64,000 nt of DNA. It comes from a virus. Where the stretch lies: IMG/VR virus record IMGVR_UViG_3300030098_004740, positions 1-64,000 of that record, one strand, 5' to 3'. How positions within the stretch are numbered: the first letter of the stretch is position 1; each line of letters opens with the position of its first letter. The notes beneath the pieces were generated by a model, which was given only the letters and a program-made list of their open reading frames with translations, did no database searches and was not told the origin of the DNA. The position numbers were made by a program, and so were the translations under genes. Positions 41,801-49,792 of this stretch are shown here, one piece after another.

Positions 41801-44800
41801 TGATGGCAATGTATTAGAAACAATACCAGATGATGCACAAACCGATAAAGCTTCATGCGAAAGAGAATATTGTTCTTTTGATCAAATTGATAATCAACAA
41901 GATTGCGAAAACGCCACTGATGATCAAGGAAATCCAGCAGGTTATAAATGGATGCTAGGAAGTTGGTCTGAAAACACTAAGGAAGAATCTGCTTATATCT
42001 GTGAAGATTTTCTAAGAAAAAGACCAACACAAGCTTATGATGATAGGTATCCAGAGACAGCAAGAAATTGTAGAAAATGTTCTAACCTATACAGTGACCA
42101 AAATAAAGCTCCTATTAAAAAAGAATTTGCAGGGTGTGGTTGTGATTGTCTTGTAAATCATGTTGACGCGCTTGCTTTTGAAAGGTATCCTACCTGCCGA
42201 GAGGCTATAGGTGGTTTACTACCAGATTGCACTCCAGAAATCTTAGGTCAACAACATACACTTGGCACAGCAGGCGCGTTGTTAGCTGTTTGTACGGCGG
42301 GTACTGGATCTCCGGCGGGAACAGGAACTGGCACTGAGGTATATTATTATTGGTCATTTGATCCTTGTCAATGCTTCCCTCAAAATGTTCCTCATAAGTG
42401 CATCGGTGATCATATACCTTTAGAATATGGAAACAGTTGTGAAGATGATGGAGTTGTTTTACCGTCCAATAATGTCGGAGGTTGTTATAATTCAAGTAAT
42501 GCTCTTATCTTAACCAAAACTGTTGAGCATGGAGCCAGTTGTAAAGATGGTATTGGTAGCATTGTTGCTGGTGTAACTACTAGAGATGAATGTATTTCTA
42601 TAGCTGGTCGAGTTTGGAATACAACAGCTTTAGATTGCGACACAAATGCTGGTGAGTACTTCAAAGCTGGTAACAAATTGGAATGTGGTGTAGTCGAAGT
42701 ATCAACAGATGGTTATTCGGCTCCATATTCTCTACCAAACTCTGCGCAGCCTCAATATGAAACATGTCCCGGTTTAGGAGCAATTGATGTTTCATTGAAA
42801 TATGATGGTTCTGTTTGGCGTTCTGATTGGACTCAAATGGGAGCAGTTGGGACAAAACAATGCAAGATGGGTCAACATAGATTCGTCTTCTCTCCCAACT
42901 GTAAGAGTACCGGACAGAGTCCATCAACCGCACCGAAAGGTTATGCTTTCCGTTCTTCGTCTGATCTAGTTGCAATAAACGCAGATTGTGGAAATTGCGA
43001 TGCAGCACAATATTCTTATCAAGGCGTTAGGGTTTTTGGTCATGACCCACTAAACTATACGTACAGAGGACATGAATTCCCTACAGATGTAAAAGACAGT
43101 CATTATATTAGACTTGTCATGGGTTGTGGAAATAGCGTATCAAGCATAACACCAGAAGACGCAATGGTAAAACAAGGAGGTTTTGGAGGAGGTAGGCACA
43201 CTTATAGAGACAATGGAATAGAAATTTATGCACAAATAGCCAACTGTACTTTCTATGACTTTGACGCGAGCGAAGGTTTAAGGTTTGGAAGAGTTAATGA
43301 GGGTACTAGCGGACAACCTCCATGCCATGGCAGCAATTGTATAAGCAAAGCTAAAACTTTTGGAGATTGGACGGAAACTGGCAAACCGACGATTAGTGAA
43401 AGAATATTCAGTTTTGCTGGAAGATGCATAGATGGACGAGCTAATTGTGGAAATCAAGGGCCTTGCGCAAAAATTGCAAGTTGTTGTGTATATACAGGAA
43501 GAGACGTACCTTTACAGACTGGCTTGGATGGTCAATCATTTCCGTTATGGAGTGGTGGAGTAGCCTGCACTACAGGAGGTGACATTGAACACAGATGTAG
43601 TGCTTGGGGTTACGATCCGTTTCCGAAAAAACCAGCAGAAGTATTCACTGTTTATTATGTAAAAGAAATACATGATGATGGAAGTGCAACCCTTGTTGTC
43701 AACAAGGGTATGGGGTGTTCTTGGCCCAAAGGTACTGTTGTAGGCATTGGTCACGCTGAATTACTAGACGCTGAAAATGATGACTTTGGTAGCACAACAA
43801 GAAACAACATGCCCAGAAATCCTTTTTTGCCAGCAGGAGCTACTCATCTATTAGGAAGTAGAGTATTTAACTACGATCAAAAAAGTTCTGGCGCTCCTAT
43901 GGTGCTGTCAGATAGATGGGAAGTTTATGGAGAGTTTGATAATAAGACATTTGCTACCGAATATCCAATAGATGTAGAAGACCCTGCAATTCCTGATGGT
44001 AGAGGCAATCAGTTCACTCTTGGTCGTCCAGAACGTGGAAATACTGGTTTTATGGAAATAACAGTCGCAAGTATTGAGCCTCTCATAAGTAAAAACCCCA
44101 GACAAAATAGGCACTTAAAAATTTATGATAGAAGTGGAATATTAGATGCTAATGGAACATTCGATCCTAAAGACGCAGACATGCTTCCAAATCGTGATTA
44201 TGCACATCCATTTGGATTAAATCCATGGCCTGTAGGAGTTCAAAATCATTCTTCAACTGGTAGAACGCAAGACATGTGGCCTAAAGGTGTTCCCATGGGA
44301 TGGGAAAACACTGAGCATTTGAGAAAAGATCCTGTCGCTGCTCATACAGCTTTAGGAAGAGTTGGACTAAAGCCAACGGCTGAAAATTTAAACATGCTAT
44401 CTGTTTATAATGAGGTATCACAAGGAAATACGACAACTCCGATCCCATTAATCATGCCAGTAACAACAGTCATGATTAATTCGATTGATAACGTTTATGC
44501 AACAGATGACGAAGATGGAACTTGTGTAGGAAAAGTAGCATACACAAAACAACAATGTCAATCTGGAGGAGCAAGCGCAGGAAGATGGATTCCTAGATTC
44601 CTTTATACAAAAGCTACAACTGGACAACCGCACGACATAAGTGATGGCGAAAAAATAATTGTCAGCGGATCTGTCGCCTATCCAGCTACTTGTAGAGGGA
44701 CTAGGCTTGGTTATTGCCATGGAGATGTCTCGTTAACCATTAACGAATGCATGAAAGGTGTTTGCAAGGACGTTCAACATCCAAATGGTTTTGGCATAAC

Positions 44801-47087
44801 CGGATCAATAAAAAAATATCATATTGATCCAGACACAAACAAACCTTGGGATACAGAACATGACTGCTCAATAGCGAGTGAGCAGAAAAGACAAGATTTA
44901 ACTTCAAACGGCTGGGATCCAGATGGCACTTTTACTAAAGATCTAGTTTTCACTCCTAATGGACAATGGGTTCAAGTATATGAGGATCACGAAGCTGACG
45001 AACAAATATGCGAAGCTTTTGGTGGCGGATGGGTAGTTGGAAAAACCAATAATAAACAAGACAATAAAGGGCTATACGAGGATCCAACAAATGATTTTCC
45101 TGATGATTTAGATAACAAAGAAAAAGATTTTGTTCAAGGTTGTCCAGTAAATTGTCAAATTAATGGATTTATGATTCAAGATGCTTGTACTTCGCATTAT
45201 GATTATGGTCAATGTTATGAGTGTCTCTTGCTAACAATAAAAGATGATCAAGGAAACGAAACTGAAGAATCCAGATGTCCTAGAGCTGAGCATGATGGAA
45301 TGTACATAGCAAGGACGAATCCTGAAAGATACTGTCAAAATACTAATTATGATCCTGACTTTTCTAGCACTACAAATGGAAATCAAAGAAAACAAGCAAT
45401 AGCCAATGCAAAGATAGAATGCATCAGAGCTGGTTTTGACTGGTATGGAGATGTACCACTTTCGTTAAAAGCAGATTCTAATGGAAATGAGCATTCATTT
45501 GAAATAGCTCTTCATGGCGAATTTAATATGGATTTTGTTGATGGGGCAAAAATCTATGGAAGCGAAAGAGTGCCTCTTAGAGCAATGACTAAAGGTAGAA
45601 ATGTTAAGAGTGATTGGCAATTAGATGTTGAAGTCCACGAAGGAATTATTGTTGATCCTTTGGGTGACTTTAAAGATGATGCTAACTACACAGTACCAAT
45701 AACAAAAGAAGAGTGCTTAACAGTAAGAGAACATGTGTGGATAGACACAACACCTGCTCGTCCACCTTCACCGTTTGGAAACACACAAACAAAAGGCACT
45801 GCAAATCAAACTCCTCTAGTGTCTTCTGCGTTTACTTCTGGATTTGGATATAAAACATATGGACAAGCAGGAACTAGTCCAACAGGAAACGTAGCAAACG
45901 GAACTGTAGGAGAATGTGTTTACATCAGAAAAATAAGACGGTTCATGGAAAATTGGATTCCCCGTACAAACAATACTGGCGTTTCCTTAATACAAACTAA
46001 TGAGTTCCTTGAGGAAGATGTTGACGGAAATGCTGCCAAGATAGTATCTTCTCTTCAAGACGCCTGCGTAAGATCAGACAATTGTATATTAAATAAGAAG
46101 TTTGGTTGGTGTATGGATCTTACTGAGAATACACTTGGAACTTGTTATGAATATCTTCAAAACGGCGGAACTTGGAGAGAATCAAATCAACCAGCCAATA
46201 AATGTACTGATATATTTGTAGGACAACAACAAGTTATAGGCTCTAGCACGTTAACCACATCTTTGAGCGAAAGAGAAGCATGTGCAACAAAAGGTATGCA
46301 GGCTTATGGTGGAGGGATTGGAACTACGGTAAGCTCTACTGCTGTTGTAGATGATTTTGAATGTATGGATCCTCAAGTGCCTGCTTATCAGTCAACTTTT
46401 TCTTGTACAGTTAGTGATCCAGTCACTCAACAGCCTTATACAGATGAGTTTTCTTGTATCGTTGGTGGAGGTCAATGGATTGAGACACCTCCAGCAAAAC
46501 CAATAAGAGGTGCTGGAATGACTGAAAGGGTTTGTAGAGAAGTAGCATTAGGACATCCAGTCTACAAGAATAATCAAGGAGAAGTTATATCGCCTGCTCC
46601 AGAATATGGGCCAAGTACAATGAACAAAGCCTTCCTTGATTTACAAGCATTGTCTTCAAAAGAGGCCATTGCTATGGGTCATGAGACTGGTATAGGAGAG
46701 ACTCAAAGAGTTTACAAAGGTGTAATATACGCTCCTAATATTGAGAAAAATCAATTTATGGGTGGTAAGGAAATAGAAACCTATACTAAATATGGAGTTC
46801 AAGAAAATGAAAGAGCTGTATGGAGCAGACATGGCGGATCTTTCGATATAATTGTAGGGTATCCACCACCGGAAAATAATTGTAGAGACGCTAATTCAAC
46901 CGGACCTGTAAATCTAGATTGGCATTTAGGGTTTGATCAAATATGTTGCAATGTTAGAGGTCCTTTGAAATTTTATCAATGTGCAGACAGATGTTATCAT
47001 AATTACGAAGGTCCTTTAATTACAGATTTAGAGCAGGATTTTAAAACAACTGGAGTGTCACATCTGATTGTAAATGTTCATGATTGA
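35805..47087 (+). CDS. Giant (3760-aa) Cys-rich virion/adhesin-like protein
   Basis: Uninterrupted 11.3-kb ORF coupled by TAATG; many CxxxGGxW modules; ITSRSHGLRNGD-type phage beta domain. Confidence 0.65.
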   Translation: MAIGDFWDTSYNPIYEYGSNPLKNDRTGKYQWGPDYSDIVPQTSVGSLKRRQKGRFCSEGCGCVNTYCDSMLLPEGQYGCHLPPELSITVVRNPNGRYEAKGEIEGGGGETIHLKYSKGSWRGRRCCTSNAYGQLEYACDPCKVTTLPNGKPSECHPANNKFKDFGKNSHISQKSDNFTIRDDFDYDEALKGGSNWPRLGENAWLKLSVYNVTAPTTGTDMLRDTTFDGFASLCFDASGLPVKGIGNEGDCLKNSGYHWSEKTPVWINNDINDEDDVAGNGGHIQLIGTEEVPTKFSIDVKADEVVTNIKSREKTIKVTKDGYLDNYSINNGADPNDRVSTTKLNYYDPTSEDRGCLVDGSMPLKKRPYCRNAITGKRIQQQCEEVTGVNAGFGSGFSITKEKEDCEATSSSINGYCSISDPVTQQPYPDEASCNFASGTWVWEDNKWLYDDQTTCEDAGSCLAPKTDKFQSQEDRIVGAYCLDIVSGTKDPVPQNKAECEAQGHGIWKLGDSSSCTASYKEGSPVCNDIDGKDSGHADEDSCLAAGNTWMKNEWFSNQWVDWEYEKLSCCGETLLDHNYPSRTPQISGSTLSARKNPSCTTPYHEVILSPYQAGQNINTESYHSCIAAVNQWQRDDNTDTEFFMNTISYWTLVIRPCNFHGGCQDENVKRPDPQDLIDNKLDNYYDTTCGEEIVLYLSTDQLVNCSNLNLTIENENQIRSGWKEAQPMWHKSIGDTKGNPANLQFLMPGADSSMISGSSSYEFSYPGDAMYKNQYKHWCNNPDVNVDGIGDGGVCSQYHYWNSGFPKVQLANPKGIDAFYGFNLQPQPFKATEEKQNRAKLLYTAAVDHNTWQACAGHILGDANGGGHWFWNYGPDYFMYFDFLAYDEIHSFNPVAIKNDSPKCTAVATKAKEYVDSHVGFLRRGDCGYGNGPLWVGWIPDYDSWTNNKICPDCGSKGKNNCESEGGCLNADGSFETDQTDCSEKGQCNSPVGTKTTHTTEDECDEAGGSWSPAKFVPCCEWFEECSERIVTNHQDAGEFGMGAEPKYRDAVDKAECEKHPDQGGAGGVWSGGCTPGVGQRQQNQLCGEVQNPPEDFVDIVLGEQFGTCVLHKDGQNANITDMSKSDCGEESMKHECRIILTGIVVNTSQDACELNPLTEWVPVYDQDPAPKFEPDMIGHFDSKYPRREGPLTKLREAGPLTGSLADVSQMKGGFIERQPGVSVDFPSGTAKENPLNYWHRTGLYPRGETASYVSDGCVGVSHSGRIEHASNTTPIKITSRSHGLRNGDLIMTQDVLGNFAANVFLSQRDVKEIQWEDKLAGSCTGDNCDDQAYPASECLFEGKCLDSSGNDTGEKDKSKCNSAAGNTWEEVCPSEYLACYGFRVPGNMEPQYAPFAVVQNATADTFDLYTCDNLPLKGTLSTGAIKNLPESVDTHGQVIECEGVGNASVCFWGYFAQFTGYFGGEINPINPPPLTLGTEVTDDPTVNAGKPTIGKWAARCIAYDSGKVINQADDARSEYKFNPFAVLTGAPINENYTCGGTIADGGHWCGASDCDSRFGKWMTEQEMADNVLTKSKIEGSKEVCESYGICNIIKNAQEKAPKSVMTKSDCKKLSKVYHTLDLDAGYHDDSQIYVERCQDADGNIDNSPEIQDALDIKKACEERGSCSEAFFGNKKDCEGNGFIWNGGTYIKKANNCVGDEMEGQDNDLCWTPNVFGTEIDLSSTSGGGLGNDRPLPNYPVCPYTGTWEIFHQDLGIAAGYFTENQFDSIYRFGWGGLTRRWEERANDYYIQIEQKGICPVCCDHFLPETLTATISDTGSSLQDIVGGCPIDPCEAGDFIFDDDATARGTRSGWKKTSGKFSGSFDGYCCSDFYHPCSIPEDELTKCIADPTQFGHCYRVSNASGQEPGLLAGAYTKDECAKRGSGAGGCSKSGICTVNPQGNQTPADCEAAGGTWSPVTDQTGCTSAGGTWTPRDGHTKFYPLPAGSCEFPHPFVDADGNVLETIPDDAQTDKASCEREYCSFDQIDNQQDCENATDDQGNPAGYKWMLGSWSENTKEESAYICEDFLRKRPTQAYDDRYPETARNCRKCSNLYSDQNKAPIKKEFAGCGCDCLVNHVDALAFERYPTCREAIGGLLPDCTPEILGQQHTLGTAGALLAVCTAGTGSPAGTGTGTEVYYYWSFDPCQCFPQNVPHKCIGDHIPLEYGNSCEDDGVVLPSNNVGGCYNSSNALILTKTVEHGASCKDGIGSIVAGVTTRDECISIAGRVWNTTALDCDTNAGEYFKAGNKLECGVVEVSTDGYSAPYSLPNSAQPQYETCPGLGAIDVSLKYDGSVWRSDWTQMGAVGTKQCKMGQHRFVFSPNCKSTGQSPSTAPKGYAFRSSSDLVAINADCGNCDAAQYSYQGVRVFGHDPLNYTYRGHEFPTDVKDSHYIRLVMGCGNSVSSITPEDAMVKQGGFGGGRHTYRDNGIEIYAQIANCTFYDFDASEGLRFGRVNEGTSGQPPCHGSNCISKAKTFGDWTETGKPTISERIFSFAGRCIDGRANCGNQGPCAKIASCCVYTGRDVPLQTGLDGQSFPLWSGGVACTTGGDIEHRCSAWGYDPFPKKPAEVFTVYYVKEIHDDGSATLVVNKGMGCSWPKGTVVGIGHAELLDAENDDFGSTTRNNMPRNPFLPAGATHLLGSRVFNYDQKSSGAPMVLSDRWEVYGEFDNKTFATEYPIDVEDPAIPDGRGNQFTLGRPERGNTGFMEITVASIEPLISKNPRQNRHLKIYDRSGILDANGTFDPKDADMLPNRDYAHPFGLNPWPVGVQNHSSTGRTQDMWPKGVPMGWENTEHLRKDPVAAHTALGRVGLKPTAENLNMLSVYNEVSQGNTTTPIPLIMPVTTVMINSIDNVYATDDEDGTCVGKVAYTKQQCQSGGASAGRWIPRFLYTKATTGQPHDISDGEKIIVSGSVAYPATCRGTRLGYCHGDVSLTINECMKGVCKDVQHPNGFGITGSIKKYHIDPDTNKPWDTEHDCSIASEQKRQDLTSNGWDPDGTFTKDLVFTPNGQWVQVYEDHEADEQICEAFGGGWVVGKTNNKQDNKGLYEDPTNDFPDDLDNKEKDFVQGCPVNCQINGFMIQDACTSHYDYGQCYECLLLTIKDDQGNETEESRCPRAEHDGMYIARTNPERYCQNTNYDPDFSSTTNGNQRKQAIANAKIECIRAGFDWYGDVPLSLKADSNGNEHSFEIALHGEFNMDFVDGAKIYGSERVPLRAMTKGRNVKSDWQLDVEVHEGIIVDPLGDFKDDANYTVPITKEECLTVREHVWIDTTPARPPSPFGNTQTKGTANQTPLVSSAFTSGFGYKTYGQAGTSPTGNVANGTVGECVYIRKIRRFMENWIPRTNNTGVSLIQTNEFLEEDVDGNAAKIVSSLQDACVRSDNCILNKKFGWCMDLTENTLGTCYEYLQNGGTWRESNQPANKCTDIFVGQQQVIGSSTLTTSLSEREACATKGMQAYGGGIGTTVSSTAVVDDFECMDPQVPAYQSTFSCTVSDPVTQQPYTDEFSCIVGGGQWIETPPAKPIRGAGMTERVCREVALGHPVYKNNQGEVISPAPEYGPSTMNKAFLDLQALSSKEAIAMGHETGIGETQRVYKGVIYAPNIEKNQFMGGKEIETYTKYGVQENERAVWSRHGGSFDIIVGYPPPENNCRDANSTGPVNLDWHLGFDQICCNVRGPLKFYQCADRCYHNYEGPLITDLEQDFKTTGVSHLIVNVHD

Positions 47088-47112
47088 TATTACATAGATA
47101 AGAGGGATTAAG

Positions 47113-47730
47113 ATGAAAGGTTTTTTTGAAGATACTGAAGATGATTTTATAGAACAGGTTTACAAACCAGTTCAAAAGAGACAGCCTAAAGTATTTGAAA
47201 ACGTTAGGAACATTCCAACTCAAATGGGGTTTGATGAAAAATCTGGAAATTTATTAGTAACCCCTTGTCAGTGTGAGTTCAGGGATAGTCCAAATGGAAT
47301 TTTTTGTGACAGGCATAAATGCTTAAAATCAAAATCTTTACATACGTTATGTCAAACTAGGCAGGATTACTTCCAACTATGGGAAGACGGGGTTGGTCCA
47401 ATGCAAAACGCATTCAACAACGAAATGAAAAAAAGAGGATACAAACAAATAGAAATAACAGAAGAAGAGGAAGTAATAATAGACAAAAAGAAGGAAGAAG
47501 AAGAAAAATTCTTCATGAATGACCCTAGAATACCTGCTAAGTCTAGAGGTTTAGGAGACACAATAGCAAAGGTAACAAAAGCAACAGGCATTAAAAAAGC
47601 TGTAGATACTGTATTCGGAGTGATTAATAAGGATTGTGGATGCACTGAAAGACAAGCTAAGTTGAATAGAATGTTTCCTTATGGAAAAGGTAAGGAACCT
47701 CCTAAGAAAACAAAAGGCTTTTTTGAGTAA
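47113..47730 (+). CDS. Hypothetical protein with SRGLGDT..DCGC..RQ..LN..FPY domain
   Basis: 205-aa ORF; Cys/His cluster CQC..FCDRH.C..LC; KGFFE at both termini. Confidence 0.6.
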   Translation: MKGFFEDTEDDFIEQVYKPVQKRQPKVFENVRNIPTQMGFDEKSGNLLVTPCQCEFRDSPNGIFCDRHKCLKSKSLHTLCQTRQDYFQLWEDGVGPMQNAFNNEMKKRGYKQIEITEEEEVIIDKKKEEEEKFFMNDPRIPAKSRGLGDTIAKVTKATGIKKAVDTVFGVINKDCGCTERQAKLNRMFPYGKGKEPPKKTKGFFE

Positions 47731-47751
47731 TGGTGTATAATATATTAGAAA
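47731..47751 (+). promoter_or_regulatory. Putative late promoter TGGTGTATAATATATTAGAAA
   Basis: Near-identical to 12097-12117; followed by RBS AAGGAG. Confidence 0.6.
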
Positions 47752-47774
47752 ATAAGCTCTAAGGAGATTTAAAT

Positions 47775-48485
47775 ATGGCCGAAATTAGTTTTTTGGCTGG
47801 CTCCACTACTGTTAATCACCTAGCTGGTTCTGGCTTGGGTTTTTTCGGTGGTTCTTTTGGCCAGTCAGTACAGATCAATCAGTTTCAAGACACTACATTT
47901 ATTACCGATGGTGCTGGAACTACCCAAAAAGGCTCTGCTAATAACGTTAAGTACTCTACTGATACCACAGCTTTTGCTAATGGTATTGTTGAAGCAACTG
48001 GCTTGAAGTACATTCCAAACGAAAAAGCCACACTAAATATTAGATTTACAAACGACAGCGCTGTTAGAACGCAAAACTGTAAGTTACGAATATTTGATAG
48101 AGTCAACAAAGATCATCCTGCTAGTGGAGTAATCACCAGAGTCGCTGAGATTATTCATCCCAATACTTCCTACTCAGTTTTAGGCTCTGGAGATGACACT
48201 TGGTACGGAAGTACTTCCCATAGTGGCACTGATGCTCAAGGCACTTATAACGCTTCTACTAATCCAAGCGACAGGCTTCCAGATGGAACTCTTACAGTTG
48301 GTGGTAGTGGAATTTTTGTACCTCTTGCTCAATCCCCCGGAGCATTAGGAGAATTTGCTGGCAATGGCTCCGCTAACACTGGTCAGTACACTCAACATGA
48401 CTGGTATGTAGCAATCACAGCCTCGCCTGACAGTATCGGTAGCAAGACCCAATATGGTCTATACGTAGAGTTAGAGTATCTCTAA
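47775..48485 (+). CDS. Putative abundant virion structural protein
   Basis: Gly/Ser/Thr-rich beta protein; own promoter-like motif, strong RBS, downstream terminator. Confidence 0.5.
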   Translation: MAEISFLAGSTTVNHLAGSGLGFFGGSFGQSVQINQFQDTTFITDGAGTTQKGSANNVKYSTDTTAFANGIVEATGLKYIPNEKATLNIRFTNDSAVRTQNCKLRIFDRVNKDHPASGVITRVAEIIHPNTSYSVLGSGDDTWYGSTSHSGTDAQGTYNASTNPSDRLPDGTLTVGGSGIFVPLAQSPGALGEFAGNGSANTGQYTQHDWYVAITASPDSIGSKTQYGLYVELEYL

Positions 48486-48507
48486 AGACTACCTTTTTGT
48501 AAGCACC

Positions 48508-48539
48508 AAAAAACCCCGCCAGCAATGACGGGGTTTTTT
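48508..48539. terminator. Bidirectional intrinsic terminator between convergent transcription units
   Basis: AAAAAACCCCG-CCA-GCAA-TGA-CGGGGTTTTTT. Confidence 0.88.
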
Positions 48540-48542
48540 ATT

Positions 48543-48872
48543 TTACTCTTCCTTCTGGGTTTTGGAATTCCATTTAACCCATCCATTATCAGGTAGCCAA
48601 TTACCTTCTTTATCCTTGCGTTTGGGAAATAGTCTTCCACCCTTTTTCATGACTCCAAATGCTAGCTTAGCACCGCAATCAGAGCATCTAAGTTCATAGT
48701 ATAGGTTGTCGTCTACATTCCTAACTTGAAACTTGATGTTGTCGCTTCCGCATTTTCCGCAAGTTGTTTCTTCAAAAATCTCTTGAAAGTTAGATAACTT
48801 TTGAAATAGTTCAATCTGTGTTTCAAATTCAATTTCAACACTGATTTTCCCGCTAGTGTAAGTTGCTTTCAT
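48543..48872 (-). CDS. Zn-ribbon protein
   Basis: CGKC..CSDC; coupled to the annealase gene. Confidence 0.65.
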   Translation of the reverse strand: MKATYTSGKISVEIEFETQIELFQKLSNFQEIFEETTCGKCGSDNIKFQVRNVDDNLYYELRCSDCGAKLAFGVMKKGGRLFPKRKDKEGNWLPDNGWVKWNSKTQKEE

Positions 48873-49792
48873 TATAACCTCCAGTTAGCCTTATAACCTT
48901 TTATCGAATCTTGAATGGGTTCGCCATTCTGATACCCATTTAAAAACTTAATCATTTTCTTTGCACTGTCTCTTGTGACTTGGCCAATATTGGCGTAATC
49001 ACCACTTCCTATATTAATAAACGACATAACGTCAATGTCGAGTTGTTTACACTTAGTATCTATAAATTGAACTTGTTGAGTGCTGATACTTTGATCAACT
49101 TCGTATTCTCCAGATGTTGGAGTCTTCTTTACAGATTCTTGTACGATACTAACAATATCTTTCTTCGCTAATTCTTCAGCGGCAAGACATCTTAGCTTTA
49201 AAGCTTTCCTCAAAGCTCTCCCTTCAGCCCTCGTGCTAGCAGTAGCGACAGGATGAGCGCAGAACAAATCATCAGTATTACCATGCCATACATCTGCTAC
49301 CTCTTTATACACCCTATGCTGTCCACTGTTCATCCAGTTAAAGACAACTTTGAATACTACTGTTGCCCTATCAGGAGATGACCCATCCATAGCAGGAAAT
49401 ACTTGCTCTGGACCAGACTCTATAATGTCACCCAATAGAAACTCAGCGACTCTTCTAAGACCTGCACATATTGGATTACCATCAATAAGTTCATTTCTAT
49501 GAAAATGAGCCATGACAAAATCATTCCACTCATCACTAAACATAGACGGACGGCCTTCTTCTCCAACGGATTCTTCAACTACTACTTCTTTGGCTTCTTC
49601 TTCCGTGTTGTCAAATAGTTCATCAAACATATCATCAGGGTTTTCAACTTGCATCGTTACAAAATCTTCATCTTTAGCCATGATAGCCTCCACTAATTCA
49701 ACTAAGTCTTTTTTCTTTGCACCATTAGGTATGGCGCAATTATGATCATCCAAAATTTGTTTTAATTCATTTATTGTTTTTTTACTATACAT
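48872..49792 (-). CDS. Rad52/Sak-like single-strand annealing protein with N-terminal HeH/SAP-like module
   Basis: ATVVFKV..VATASTRAEGRALRKAL; N-terminal KTINELKQIL..IPNGAKKKDLVEL. Confidence 0.6.
   Translation of the reverse strand: MYSKKTINELKQILDDHNCAIPNGAKKKDLVELVEAIMAKDEDFVTMQVENPDDMFDELFDNTEEEAKEVVVEESVGEEGRPSMFSDEWNDFVMAHFHRNELIDGNPICAGLRRVAEFLLGDIIESGPEQVFPAMDGSSPDRATVVFKVVFNWMNSGQHRVYKEVADVWHGNTDDLFCAHPVATASTRAEGRALRKALKLRCLAAEELAKKDIVSIVQESVKKTPTSGEYEVDQSISTQQVQFIDTKCKQLDIDVMSFINIGSGDYANIGQVTRDSAKKMIKFLNGYQNGEPIQDSIKGYKANWRL

Noticed and set aside
37053-46478. Two similar ~75-bp segments (DPVTQQPY) as a possible DGR template/variable repeat pair
   Set aside because: Differences are largely synonymous and not adenine-specific, both copies are in-frame in one ORF, and no reverse transcriptase is in the window
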